The position numbers and the translations under genes were made by a program. A stretch of DNA of 64,000 nucleotides from Spironucleus salmonicida. Taxonomy: Eukaryota. Each line of letters starts with the position of its first letter. Position 1 is the first letter of the stretch. The stretch is from positions 930,001 through 994,000 of the forward strand of contig NC_090603.1 in NCBI RefSeq assembly GCF_000497125.1, given 5' to 3'. This document shows, piece after piece, positions 26,243 to 41,422 of the stretch. Below the pieces are notes generated by a model. That model ran no database searches. It was not told where the DNA came from and saw only the letters and a list, made by a program, of their open reading frames with translations.

Positions 26243-29200
26243 TCACTCTAAGCATACAATAATGTTATTCATGACCTCATTAGATCTACAATCAAAAATT
26301 ACACCAAAACAACTCAAATAACATGTATGAGAGAATTCGAATGGTATTTCCATAGTTATCTTTACATACACAAGTTATTAACCACAAATAGCACGTTTTC
26401 CACCTTCGAAACTTTAGAAGCTAGCAATTAAGAATACGCCTTCCCCGAACAGTGAATCAACAGAAAAATCGACATCTTGCTATATGTTAATACCTTTAAA
26501 TGTTTTATTTTATAAACACTCCACCGTATATTAACTAACGACTTATAGATTACCAAATAAATCCATTTTCTGAATTCTTTCCATCATCATCAGAGTGTTA
26601 AACTCACTTATTCGGGTAGTAGTAACCTTTTAGTTATTGAAATTCTTCAAACTATCTTATATTTTACCAGCATGGAACTTACTGCTATTACGCAAAAATG
26701 CTGTAACTAGTGTGAAAATCCCATCTGAAAATGGTCGGAAGTAACTAAATTACATAGCGGCCTATAATGGTAATCGAATAGCAGAAAACTATTAAATAAA
26801 ACTAATTGGATTGAATGAATTAGAGATTTCAATCAGATTTAGCGAGTCTGGGAGCTATTACGCTAAAAATTATAAGAGCTAGGCAACTGAGTCATTTACT
26901 TACTCCAGTTCGACCGAGTTAATAGAAATCAAGAATTGGAAACGAGCAATTAATGCCTGGATAATTTCAAAAATAGGAGCAAAATGTAAATTTAAGGATG
27001 AAATTTCTTATGCCAAAATAAAACCTGAAATATATAAAATCTAGTAAAGCTCGTAAAGGTTATTTTACGTCTATTAAAATAATGGATGTGATGGTAAAGG
27101 CTACGAAATTTATGCATTGTTGGTAATAAAATTAGAGAAAGTAAAAAATATCTTCTATTGTTTAAAGGCTGCATAGTTATGAATTGAATCAAAGTCAGCC
27201 AGAGTATAACTCATGTTATAAACTACATTTAGTACTTGTGAATTAACAAGGTTAGGATGAACTTCAATTATAAAAATGACATTTTAAAACGTGTTATACT
27301 TAAGTGCTTATTAAAATGAAAATTCCTAAAATTAAAATGAATAAAGACGGATTATAGTTGGCTTAACAAAAACGGAGGAATAATTTTGCAATGAGTATAA
27401 GTGATCAAACTAATATGAGTGTAATTTCCCTAAATATAGTAACTCTTAAAGTGCTCGTGAAAAACTTAAAGTTTAAAATATAAGAGGACCTCTGGAAATC
27501 TATTTTTGTATAAAATCAATTTCTTATTTGGCATTCATATTTTGACAATCGCTAAACAAATATGGATAATTAAAAATAAGCTTTAAAAATATTTATATAT
27601 CATCGTGTAGAGATTATTTTGAATAAATAAGTGCTAAGCAAAATAAATAAATACCAGAAACTGGGGTTCCATCTTTAATAAATTGCGGAATAGATGTTTT
27701 CTAACTAGATAATACATATTCAATAATATTTTATTGTTTCATAGCAAAGTCGAAATCGTTTTTATAAGAAAGCATCCAGGTGGTAATTTCTTCTATAAAA
27801 GCATGAGGATACTTTGAAAATACTTCTTAAATATTAGCCTACGTTTTATTAAACTTACACTAAATTAATTCCAATAAGAGACTGTAACCTTCTTAAGGTA
27901 ATCTTTAAAATGTTTTTTCTATTACAACTACTATCATAAATACAACCATTTCTATATCTGATAGACTAAGAACATTGGATATAATAAAGATAACGTTTTT
28001 AAGTATCTACTGATACAGAATAGATGTATTATATTATAAACTATCCGAGGACATTTTGAAAATTTAATCTATGTTAAGAGACTTAATAAGCATTGGGAAG
28101 CGTGGTGTTAACTTTACTAACATATTTTAAATGCTGAAGAATGCTTTATAGTAGATATTTAGCCATGAATCTTTTTATTAAATCTTCTTAGTAAATTTTG
28201 CTTAAAATTCTTAATATTAAGAGGTAAGTGTTCTCTTTTACTGTATACTTTATTCTAAATTAGAAATATGTTGCTGTAAATTCTAAAATTACGTCGTTGG
28301 TGCATCAAAACCTATATTTTTGCAGTTAATGACTATATTCTATATTAAAATATAATATTAAGACTCTTGATGTTTTGTATCATATACATTTGATAAATAC
28401 TATGTTATATCTTAATAATGAATATATTTCCATATTATAAATGAAAGTTATTCTTTTAATACAGCCATAGATTATTAATAATAGTTATCTTGAATATCCA
28501 TAGTAAATAATTCATTGGCAAATTTTAAGTTCTAATTACTTAAATAAATTTAAGGATAATTAAACAAATTATAAAAACCATACTACAATGGATAATTATC
28601 ATCTAATTTTTAGAAAATTACATATAAATTAATAGTTGTCATTTATGGATTTACTTTTCGTCTTTCTTTCCCAATATTAACAATCTAAGTATATCCTGTT
28701 TTTATAGCGTAATTATATTATACTAGTCCTATAAATATATCGATTAATGCGGGTGATGACTTAGTTACATTAAATACTATATATGGCGCTTATTCTTTAC
28801 TAAATACTAAATTCTCCACAATTTACATTGCTTAATGATAATTATCATTAAACTCTACAATATATTAATTATTTAAATGCGGAATTTATTCAATAATACT
28901 AATTATTTATTTATAAAATATGTGTGATACAATTGATATTTTATAAGGGAATGCTTATCTTAATATAATTTATTATTATAATTCTAATAACTGCACTTAT
29001 CCCATAGCTAATAGTTTATCATAAGTTTACTTCTTTAATAATGTTTACTGATTTAAGGAGTTCATTAATTAATATAATTTATCTCTAGATGCTATCATTT
29101 CTGAAGTTTAATACGAAGGTGCTTACTTATTTAATTTAATAACCGTACCATTATCATCTAAATCATTCAAGCACACACACAGACAGTGACAATTATAACA

Positions 29201-32200
29201 TGAATTACATAACTCATCTTTATTATACTAGCAAAATTTACAAGTATTTTAAATAACAGGACATAAAATGTTCAAGATTTCCTTCAGCATGTCACCACCA
29301 TAAAGAATATAAGCAGCTAAACCGATAGAAGTAAAATCAATTAGATTAATACCCATCTACACTTATTATATATCATAAACGATATCATTTTATTGTTATA
29401 AGAAGAAACTATAAATCTTCGATGCAATATTAACACTATTTGATTATATTTTAACTTAATCTGATATTTAATCATATTTTTAATTGAATTAGTCTATTTG
29501 TCTCTGGTTTTCTAAAATTTTTGCCTTAATTGAAAATTATTCTTATTCTTTAAGATATGTTCGTTTTGACTCTAGCTCGATGATCGTTTGCTGTAACTAA
29601 GTAATAACTATTTCTTATTGAGGGTCAATCATATTTGAGAAATAAATATTGAGAGCAAGGACATAATTTACTAATCTTCTCTACAATCGTGTTTATGTAA
29701 ATGATAAAAGTTCTGATTCTAACTCTTACATTGAACAAACCTTACGTATTAACTCGATCTTTGTATCTGTTAGCTACTTATAATCAAAATTAATTATCCC
29801 GTGTGGAATTGCTATATCTACAAACATTTATTATTATATCTCTTTCCATTATTATGCAGATTCTTATTCTGTAGGATACTTTAAATCAGAAACAAATAAC
29901 GTATTTTTATCAAAAATAATGTTCCAAATAACTAAAAATACAAAAATCATAACATTATTCGTAATATTAGAATTATATAAGTCAATTATTTCTGACTTAG
30001 AAGTTTATTCCATTTCAATTATAGTATACGATAACATAGAGATTTGATTCTTTCTCTGCTTATCTAGTTATTATTATAACTATACTAGTTCAGATTATTT
30101 AAGTGATATGGAACTTAATACTGCTTTAAATTCACTTTAAAGATCATTATTAATTTTTAATAAAGTAATTTATGTCTATTTTAATTAATCTAATACGATT
30201 TTTTCATTACTTTAACTCTCTTAATATTATGCTAAGCTTTTTTCTGCCTATTTACAAACGCTTATGACACCTATTAATTTAGCTTAAAAATCAGATAAAA
30301 TTTTATGCTTACTATTTTCTTTATTTATTAAATTTTGTTTAATTGATTAAGACAACTGAAATAAAACACTAAAGTTCTACTCATTATGCTATTATAAATT
30401 TGAGTATAAGTTTAATGCCAATTAGTGATGGCGTAACTCGTCTGATTACGAAATAAAATCTGGTAGCAGCCTTTGTTTTACAGTATCAATTAGATCTTTA
30501 TTAGAATTTTATTCTAAAAGTTAAATAAAATTATCTTATTCTATTTTAATATCATTGGTATATGACTGTAAATTAACATAATTAATAAATGGTGGTAGAT
30601 TCTTTAAATCATAGCTTACATCCTAGATAATATAGATCATTAATTTTTATGACATAAGTAATTATACGGTTGCAAAATTTAAATTTTCAAGTTTACTAAA
30701 CACAATAGCCTCCTGATACATATCTTAAAACTCACTAGATGTAAATATTTATTATCCTTAGTTACCTGGAGTAATTAAATTTAATACTACAGATAACATA
30801 TTTGTTGATAGTAATATACTAAGTGGGAATGTTAATATGACATAATTGTAATTTTCTTTTTTTAATGCGGGCCTAAAAGCATCGAAATTTTGTATTTAAG
30901 GAGGTTACGTTATTTAAAATTATTATTATGACATTGTAGGTACATAATCTATAGCAGTTTAACCAAATAAACCATATTATGATTAGATTTATGTAACAGG
31001 TTATTAAAACATCATTTAATCATCTGTAAATTGCATTTTAAATTATTCTAACCCAGCAGCAAGACCAGATTGATAGCTTTTCTTATTTTCTAGTTTATTC
31101 TTAGATGATAAAGGAATAACGACACCTCTTTAAAGATGAAGCGTTGTATTAAGAGCAGTTCGTATGCAAGATAGAATTTTTTCTCGGGTGTTTAGCTATA
31201 ATATACTTGAATTTATGTAATTTTATTGGTATGACTAATAAATACCACTTACATCACCAACATCTATTAACATGTTCTTGCTAATTATTTTATCCTATTC
31301 AACTGGTAAATCTGTAATAGAATTTGTTATGACACTTATATATTAAACAATCTATTAGTAAGAAAATAAAGTTTAAAATTTAACGAAATGCGTAGGAATA
31401 GTAATCTCTAATACTGGAGATGAAGCCAAACTTAATAAACATCCATATCCTTAAGCCTCTTCTATAATACCGTCATTAAACTCAAATAAGGAGTTTGGGT
31501 CGTTTTTATATTTATCATAATTCTCTTAAAGAGATTCTTTGTATTCTCCTCTAGCAGCATCTCTAATGCATCCAAATAAAACTCTGTTATAATATGTTTA
31601 GTACAATCCAACATTAAATGAATGCGATAATTGCTTTAATGCTAATGTTTTAAACTAAGAAACGTCAATTAAATTAATCATCGCTGATATATCCCAGAAC
31701 AAAGCCAATTCTTCTTTAAGTGATCCCTAATATGTTGAATAGAATTAGTTTACTTTTTAAATCTCATTGGTACTTTACTGTTACTATGTAAATAAGTAAT
31801 TAATATTATCTACTAGCAGATCTTCATCCAAACCGAATTTTATAAATAAAAACTTATGCGCATTAAGATGAAATTATGAAGCATTTAAATCAGTTTTATG
31901 CTATGGTTTTTCGAAATCACATTAGAATAATGGATATTTATATTTTTTGTTAAATTTCGCAAGTTTTTAAGGTTATTAGAACATGATAATAAAACTACAG
32001 TTTAATAACCTATAGTGTTTAATCGTGCCAGTTTAATCAGGTATTTATATCTAGTAGGTAAGTAATGTTTAGAACCATGCAGATTCAAATATTTCCATAC
32101 TAACATAAAATTTAATTATTGTAAAGAACAACATAACTGCATTATTTCCCAATAATGTCAAAAATTCTCTTATTTATTAAATGAAATAACTAATTTCCAT

Positions 32201-35200
32201 TTAATCTGCAATAACAAATGATTGATACCGATATTCTAAGAGATGCCTATTCTAATTTACATTTTGCATGTTAGAAAATGAACGTAACGAAGCATTTAAT
32301 TACATAATACATCCTTTCAATATTTTTTCACAATTTGATGAACTTTTGTTACTTTGTAAAACTTAAGGAATTGAAAGCTTAATTGCTGAAAAAGATTAAA
32401 ATAACACCATTCTATATTATGGGTTACTATACTCAAACTATTCTCCAAATGTTCTCATAAAATATTAAATTCTTGATTCGTTGACGTTAGCACCCGTTAA
32501 AAATATATCTGATTTCTCTTCTGTTGTAGTGTTTAAAATATTATTGAAGGGTAACATAGATTATATTAGCTTAGGCTGGTTTAAAAGGGTATCTGCTAAC
32601 TTACCTAAAGAAAATAATTGCAATTACCCTCTGAAAATATGCAATTCTTGATAACTTGTATTTAACATACCTTAATATAATGGTAAATAAACCATATAAA
32701 TATTACTAAAATTAATAGAATTTTATGCTTTTTACTATGCAGGTAATGGTAAACTGGATGAAATAGTATTAATATAATCCGAGTATTCAATTTAAAAATT
32801 AATCAATGCATTATTTAAAACCGTAACATACATTTAAGGACACATTCTATATAACTAAATACATTAATAGGCTAATTAATAATTCGAATCCATTTATTGA
32901 ACTATTTGCTCATTTGATAAGTCTTAATCTTTAACATTAACAAAATAACACTAAAATCCAGCAAAAATAATCGAAAACATAAATACAGTTATATTTCCAA
33001 ATGCTACTCCTATATTTGAACCAGATGAATATACAATCTAAGTCAAAAATTCATCAGAAATTTCATAGTAATAATTTTAAAATAAGTATGATTTTGCTGT
33101 GAGTGATTCCCTTAAATCTAAAAATCCATATTATTGGAACAAAATAGTAGCATTTGCCATGACTTATCTAATAGCAAATATCTCCGTGATCTAAAACATT
33201 TAACTACAAAAATCAAATAATTCTTAAAATAGAACGACTATAAATTTTGTTGACTATTGTTAAATATGTCTAAGCTATCTACTAATATTGAATTTGGTAA
33301 ATATTTAATCAAATTCAGTTTAAGTTAATGATTTTTTATCTAATACACTAATATCATCTGAAAGTATTTACTAAAATTTCATAGTACTTGTAAAGTCATT
33401 AAATAAGTATCTTAATGAAATAATATTTTCAACTACTACTTAATAGTATTGACAATATAATTGTAATAAATCAATACAGTCTGAAATAACCAATACAATG
33501 GCATCAAAAGGTTTAGGTGTTACTAAAAATTCTTAAATCATGGATTTATATTCGAAGAAATCATCTTATGAGCCATTTTGATAAATAATTACATAAAACA
33601 TTCCCGGTAGAATTTATAGTATGTTATCTGAAGAAAAACTAAAATCCTATGAGCCATTTATAACTTAAACAGGAATACCAATTTAGTTTGACGATATCTC
33701 AAAAATACAATCTAAAAGTTATTAAACAGCTATAGAATTATATTGTTAGAAATATAAACCAATTTGATCTATTCTAGCAGAAAATAGTAACAAAATTATG
33801 TCAGCTACATATTTCCACCCTTGCGAATTCAAACATGTTTTTTGTCTTAAATATTATGAAATATACACAAAACTAGATAATTATTAGGGTATTTTAGATA
33901 CAATTAAATCTTCTTTGACTATAATTTCATTCTCCACGTTCTAAAATAATATTTCTGGTTGAATATCAAAAAATCGATACAAGAATTAATCACAACTACT
34001 AATTTTTTTATTGATATCTGCATCAAAGAAATCAGACTATAAATATGATCCCATTGTTTCTTTCATTGTAGATACAATTTAATTTAGTTTACTAGTTTAA
34101 AATTTATTTTATTACGCTACAATATAACAAAATTAAAGAACTGCTTGCTCAATTGGTTAAGATGATGAAAACAAAAAACGTGCAATTTACTATGGTATGA
34201 ATAAAGAGTTAGTAATTGAGAGCTTCTTGTAAAGTAACTCATATTCACATTATTAAAAATAGAGTTCTTAAAATCTAAATATATTATCTCCATTAACATC
34301 CAATCCTGAAAATTAGAGAGTATTTTTACACTAAATAGTCATAACACATTGATCTGTACTTGTTTATACTAATTCTGGTAGAATATACACAAAATTAGCT
34401 CCTGACTTTTCGGCTTGTACTTTTATAGATTATAGTTTGCTCAATATATCTAAACTAGCTAATTCTAAACCAGTTATGAGAATGATTACTCCTGTAGCTG
34501 CTAAACTACTTATCACATCAAGTGCATATGAAGATATAATATGAACATGTTCGACTTTACGCTATAGAAAGTTGGATATAATATCTATAAAAAGGCAATA
34601 TGTTAAATGGTAATAATATTTATCTGTGACGGGAGTGATACACGCAACTTAAGTTTAAATATTCATTTATTCTAATATTTTAGAGATATACTTCTATAAA
34701 ATCATCTATGTAATTCTTAATATTTAAGGACTATACAAACTAGCTACTTTAATAAATCCATGAGATTATTATATATACCCACCATTTACAAATATATCAA
34801 TTTTTGGTTAATACTTCATTACAACTTCTACCTTTTAATTTTAATATACAGAGTTTTTTGTTTCGTTAATTTATTTTCTTAATGCAAAAACTAGCTAATC
34901 TAAAGGCTTATTACAGTAGGGAATAACAAAATCTAACCAAACCGAATTAGCTTAGAAAGAAGATAAAAACGAATCTAGAAGAGAAATAAAATATATAATA
35001 CTTTACGTCTATTCTGGCCCTATACCTTAAGATGCACGTAGCATTGCTAAAATAATAAAATCTTCCGCATTAAACCCATCATGTAAAAAGTCACGCTATT
35101 TGTTGTCTTACGACTGAGCCTCACTATCTCCAAATAAATCATCATCCAATTCGCTATCAGATTAAGACTCATCAGAATCCAAGTCATTTAGCATATCAAA

Positions 35201-38200
35201 AAGTCCTTCTTACTATACAGTATCTTGTTTAACAATGTTAGACTTTTTCTATTGATTTAAATTCTATTGTCTTTAAAACTATTAACCTACTGGGTATGAC
35301 TATAAAGTTGATGATAAATCAAAGAATAAATAATTTTCAAAAGAAGTAAGCATTGACAATTAAGCTTGTCTTAATGCAATATTGATATCGAATTCATAAA
35401 CCTTTTCTTCTGGGTTACACTCTTATTCATAAAGTACTTTAAATTACTGTAATGCATGTTATAAAAACTGTATTTAATTATCTTTTTTATAGTTAAACGA
35501 AAGTATATTCTTAAATATGTGCATAATTACCTAAGAGCAAATATGAAATGAAATATTTGATGGATAAGAGATTAAAATTTACTAAATATTAAAATCATAC
35601 GTTGAATTAATTTTTTACTACCAATATAACATATGAGTTTCAAGAGTAGCTAATACAACTTTTTATAATACTGGTGTAGTAAGATTAATATAGATATCTC
35701 TTAAAGATCTATAAATTAGAGGATATGCAAACTTAAAATAAGTTGCATTAGACTGTATAATTCCATCTATATAATAACATCCATATGGCGTACCTCCTTC
35801 AGTTTTTGCCAAGAAATACAAGATATTGAACATAGAATCAGGAAACCCTAATTAAGTTAATAAAGTACACAAAGTAAGATTAACATCATCTGTTAATTAG
35901 GTCACAATTGCTGCTTTACCAGCATATTTAGATTTTTCTAATAATGGGGTCGAATGAGAATCATACCACATTAAGTCTAACAGATATGTTATTTGTAAAT
36001 CTTTAGGGTAAAATTTTCTTATTCTATAAAATGCATTTTAAATTTTAGTTTAACCGCGAAATATATCATAGACTTAATACACAGTTTCCCATAGTTTATC
36101 ACGTACAAATTTTCTCTATGACAATTGAACCGCATTAGATGCTGTTGTGTAACAACCTGTTAATAATCCTCTTAACTATTTAATTGCTTGGCTAAACCCT
36201 TCTTATTGTTCTTATGATAATGGATTTAGTTATATATTAACTGGTTATCCCTCTTAGTTTAATTCTAATGCAACCTCATTTAACAGTTAAACCCAACCAC
36301 CATAAGTGTAAATTTACCAATGCAAGGACACCATTTAATTTAAGGAATCTGATGAATTTATAAGCTACTAGGCTTAATACGTAGTAATTTAATTTTAAAA
36401 TAAGCTTTCAATAATTGTAGTCTTCTGAATATTCAAAAATGCTAATAATTCATTTTCTAATTCACAACCAATAATATTTGATCTAACTGTGCTAATTATT
36501 TTCTGATTGAAGAATTAGTTATTATAATAATCTTTATAGTATACAACCGTATAATTTTCTTTGACTTTCATATTATTAGGGCCTAAAATAAGAAAATCAT
36601 TCAAATCTCTTTTTAATTTTGGTGTTTCATTTGATTGCATAGACGGTAATATGAACTAAGTCTCAAGAATACTATCTAAGTTACCTTCAGCAATAATTTT
36701 ATTAATCTAGGTTTATTAATATGCTATTAATTTATCTGATCTAATCTTGAAAAGGGAGTGACAAGTATTTAAATATATAAAATCGTCATATGGTTTTAAT
36801 ACATCTAGCATATCACTAGTTCTTACATCGTCTGAAATTTTAAGATTTAGTGACTAAATAATAATATTAATAAGTGTTGCACTTACACTAAAATCTTTAG
36901 AATCAATTTTAAGTAGCTCGTCAATTTTATGTCGCTAAACAATTTCTTTAGAAGAATGCTGAATAGTTGAGACATTATTTTCGTATATAGCAGTTTTTGT
37001 TAAAAATATTAAGTAGAAAATATTATGTTGGTCTTATAAAAATTACAATAAGTTTAATGCCACTGTTACAATCTTAATATTTTGAGTAAAATTAACAATA
37101 ACTAAGGTAGAAACCTTGATGGCTTCAATAAGTTACCTTTTAATTTCTTCTAAGTTAACCATGGATAACGCTTAATCTAACCATTACGAAAAACTATTTT
37201 AAATATTATTACAAGTAAAAACTAATCTAGATGCTAACTAGAATACTGGTTATAGCGAACAAAGTCGTGATAATTATGTAGAATTTGTTTGGTTTACATT
37301 ATTTGATAAAATAACTTCCAGTGTTTCTTTATTTAAAGTAACTATATCTCCTTTATTCTTTAGTTGCTAAATATAAGAATCTTTTTTAGCCTATGTAACA
37401 AATAGTATCTTATCAATAGTATCAAAAAACTGTATATCTGTGTTACCTAGTAGCTATAGTTTTAAATTATTAAGTAACATTAATGTTTAAATAGAGTAAT
37501 TTATAATTTCCTCGGCTTCTTAAAACGCATCGTTTAAATTTTCTTCTTTAAATAAGATGGTTCTCTCAAAAATATGAATTTTAATATGATTAGATTTAAA
37601 TATTGGCAGCATTGACGTTTACTCTATTTCTTTAATCAACCTCTTAGTGTCAATAAGCTAAAATTCATCTAATTTTAATGGCTTAGGATAAATTATACTT
37701 TAAGTTAGTAAGGGGTATTTTTACTTAAAAACTTATTATTAGTTACTACACTATATCCAATCGGTATAACAAATAGAAAAATACTCCTTTGTCCTACCAA
37801 ATACATCTATAATTAATAAATCAAACCAATTTTGTACATTCTATAAAAATGTAAAACATTACTAATATGCCAAGCTAACCCTATTCGTGACTAAACTCTA
37901 ACTAGTAAATACTTATTTGAATTTTTTCTAACTGGCTATCAGCTAAGTATGCATAATATTATAATATGTATTACTTATATTCCCAATAGGTATTTCTTCA
38001 TACACCTCTAATATATCGTTCATTTGACCATATAATTCAAGCCATTTATCTTTATTATATGTAAACAACTTGCAAATTTCGTAAATTTCGCCTATTTCTT
38101 ACGTAGACGTAAAAGAAGTCTAGTTTAACTTTTCATTTACCTTATCCAAGCAATTATTGCATATTTCTAATACTAAGACGAAATAATCTGATAATCGGTT

Positions 38201-41200
38201 GCTATAAAGATCAAATAATATTTTATCTTGAATCTACAATGATTATAATAAAGACGTCAGGGAAATTTTAAAACTACTGTAGTAACAGATATTTGGCAAT
38301 GATAAAATCATAAAAGTGTTATCATAAACAATTTTCATGGTCTCCAAAAGCTTGTTAATCTGTTGATTTATAAGCATTTAGCAGGTTTCTGGAGGTGCTT
38401 AACCAGATTGAAACTCCTCTATTACCAAATCAACAAGTCCTTTGTTGCGTAAAAAATCACTAAAGGGCTTTAACTTTAGTTTAATTTACTCCTCCTAGGT
38501 TCCAGTTATTTTCACCATTTTTTAATTTTATGAAATACTTTCAACTTGATATTCATAATCTGAATGTTTCTGAACAATTTCTGGCATTAAATCTACCTTT
38601 TTATTTAGAAATTAAATATGAATTTATGATTTTTGGATGTGTAAAGTGAAATATCTGACAAAGATTTCAAAATACTTAGTTACTTTCTCAGCAGATACTT
38701 TGCTTAGCTTTACAAGCTTTTAGAGCAAAATAGATGGTTCATAGTAGATTGCTTCAGCAAGTTTTGTTTCAATTTTTATATCAAACTCAAATTCTTCATC
38801 TGCTTGCTCATTGAGCTCAACCTTGTTGCCTACAATTGTAATGAATTTCTACTTCGAATGCGAATTTGCAGCCTTTCCATCGGGTTTAATAAATCCTAAA
38901 TTAAAAGGATTACCTTGGGAGCCACCCTAAAGTGGAATATTATTATAAGCAACTTCTAAATATGCTTTGTAAGAGAGATTTTATTTGTCTAAGAATAATT
39001 CTCGCTCGTTCAAAGTTAGCTAATTTTAAACAATACCACTTTTGCAGTTGTAAATAAGAATGTCAGAGAATTTTGGCGAGGATGAATAGAACATTGAAAG
39101 CTATGATATACAGGATTCTAGGTTCTATGCAATTGACAGAGGGTCTGGACAGATTTTGATACCAGAAACAAAATTATCTGTCATTTCTGGAAGGGCTTTG
39201 AACTCCCATTTTGAGAGGCATTCAAGTGTTTTAGATGCTATTTCCTTGTTAATAGGAATCTTGAAATCTGAGTATTTATTTAATGAGTCTATATCTTTCT
39301 AGATTGATGACATAAAACTTTGCTCATTTGGTGTCAAATGTAAGATTTTTGTCAGTTCAGATTTGCTCTATAAGTTGATTGGTTAGATTTAACTAGTGGA
39401 TTTTTTCTTATTTCCCCCATGAATAAGTGCTAATAAGAAGTAAAACCATTCAGGTAGTGCATTTTCGTATAGCTCATTAATGAAAATTCTGAAAAATTAG
39501 ATTTCCATTATTTTGAATATTTAAACGTATTTCGAATGAGTAGACTAATAACTCTCTTCAGCGAATTTATCTCGCATTTCAAGTGACGGTGACCGCCCGT
39601 GAGATGATTAATAATTATGAAGCCTGAAATTCAAATTTTCCAAAACTGAATTTGCAAAATCTGAAATAATCTAATCTACTATATGTGGGCTCAAAATTTG
39701 ATAAATAACTTTATGTGTATTGATTAGTTTCTCCGAAAATGTATCCTTAAATGACAAAATTGAATAGTCATTGTTACGCACTTTGGCTCTCAAAAAGAAT
39801 TACTCAATACCTTTATACGAAAAATGTTAAATAAAGCTCTCTGATACTCTAACACTGATTTCAGGTAAAGTTCCCGTCCATAGGATATCAATAAAATGTG
39901 TTGCTCTGGCCATAATGTCATTTTTGTGCTAATCAAAGATTGTTGCTATATAATGCTATAAAGTAACGAACTGCTTACTAAACAAGTTGTTTATATGCTT
40001 CTCGATTTTTACCTATGCTTTCCTAAACTGTTTTTTATGCTCATCGTAAATATGTAAATTATCTGCTCCCGGCTCGTCTATTCCAAAGCAATACTGGCTA
40101 ATTTTCTTTACTTAGAATATCTTATGTGAACTCCATAAGAATAAAACCAGAAAATCTGCACACCAATGCAATTAATGCTACTCGTCATTATATGCCTTCT
40201 GCATTATTTACATCTGCGCATCTGTCAACTAGGCGTGCTGTACAAATTCACTACAAACCTAATCGCATATATCTTAAAAATTAAATATAATACTGTTTTA
40301 GTTCAGCTATTAGAAATTGATCCCTTATATCACCTAATTGCACAAAATTACTGCAGCAGATAAATTTTATTGTAATGAATTTGCCAAGTTTAACGGAACG
40401 TGATACGCATTTTTAGAGCGCAAATCTGCTTGATTTCGTACTAAAATCGCACGCTAATTTTCTGAATAGTTGGCGGGAATCGTCATATCGTGAAGACGAT
40501 TTTAGCGCAATGTCACAACTGCATATTCCGTGAAATCATCAGTTTGCTAGAACTGTTACCTTGTTATATCAATAGCTAAATTGCCAAAATCCTGAATAGC
40601 CTGCTCAAACTTCGCTTTCAGCTTCGTATTCTGGAGCTGCTGGTTAAATATTTTAATAAGGTATTCTTGGGAGGCATTTGACTAGCAATATTAGGAGATG
40701 AACTGCTGGATGTTGATAAGCGACGTCTATGTCTTGTACTGTCCGAACTCGTCCACGTTGTTCTCGTCATCTACTAGAAGCACCACGTCCTGGAAGATGA
40801 TATTTGAAGTAGAAACTACTTTGTTGAAGTTATTCTCCGAGATGAAAACGAGGAACTTGTCGTCGTCAATTTTCTTCAGAACGTCACAAGGGACCCATTT
40901 GAGGTTCTTTCGGTCCGAAATATCCGTCCAGTACTACGTAAAGCCAGATCCTGAGTTTATATCTGTACGCTGGTCAGTAATTGTATCCAATACCTAGTCG
41001 ACCATGTTTACAACTGCTACGAAATTTTCGCCTTTCTTATAGGGCGCAAGTTCTACTGGAATTAACTTGATTGCAATTCCCACGTCAAAAGCTTTACTTG
41101 ATAATTTGTCGCCCGATTGAAATGTTTCCTGGACCATTTTTGGCGGCTTTGGTGCATCCGGGATATCCTAAATTTATGGTATCGTGTAGGATTACTTTGT

Positions 41201-41308
41201 TGAGCTTTGCAGCGGTTTTGGAGTAGTAGTGCGCGATGATTACCGCTTTGAGAGAAGTTCTTTAGCAGCAGGTAGATTTTCTAATTACTTTGGTACATTT
41301 ATCTTCAT
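26243..41308 (-). CDS. Highly divergent dynein heavy chain (5021 aa), probably axonemal-type
   Basis: No in-frame TGA found over 15066 nt in a manual scan. Dynein landmarks occur in order: WVPCDVLK..DKFLV, SDMLDVL, QMVSLHWQIY, YAGKAAIVTQLTDD, ITIPTHFV, IDFTSIGL, GFDAPT, DSWLNI, FTLVTAFLRN, GEGVFL. Ends GAG-TGA. Confidence 0.8.
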
Positions 41309-41422
41309 TGTGAAGAGTTAAAAAATTATTTTTAGTGAAAATTATATGTGAAATGGTATAATAACATGATCGGTATTTATACAGTATATATATATATTAA
41401 TAATTAACTGTAAAAATTTTTA

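Noticed and set aside
26243-27538. Separate 431-aa gene from ATG 27538
   Set aside because: The frame is continuous with the dynein ORF and the sequence resembles the dynein C-terminal domain.
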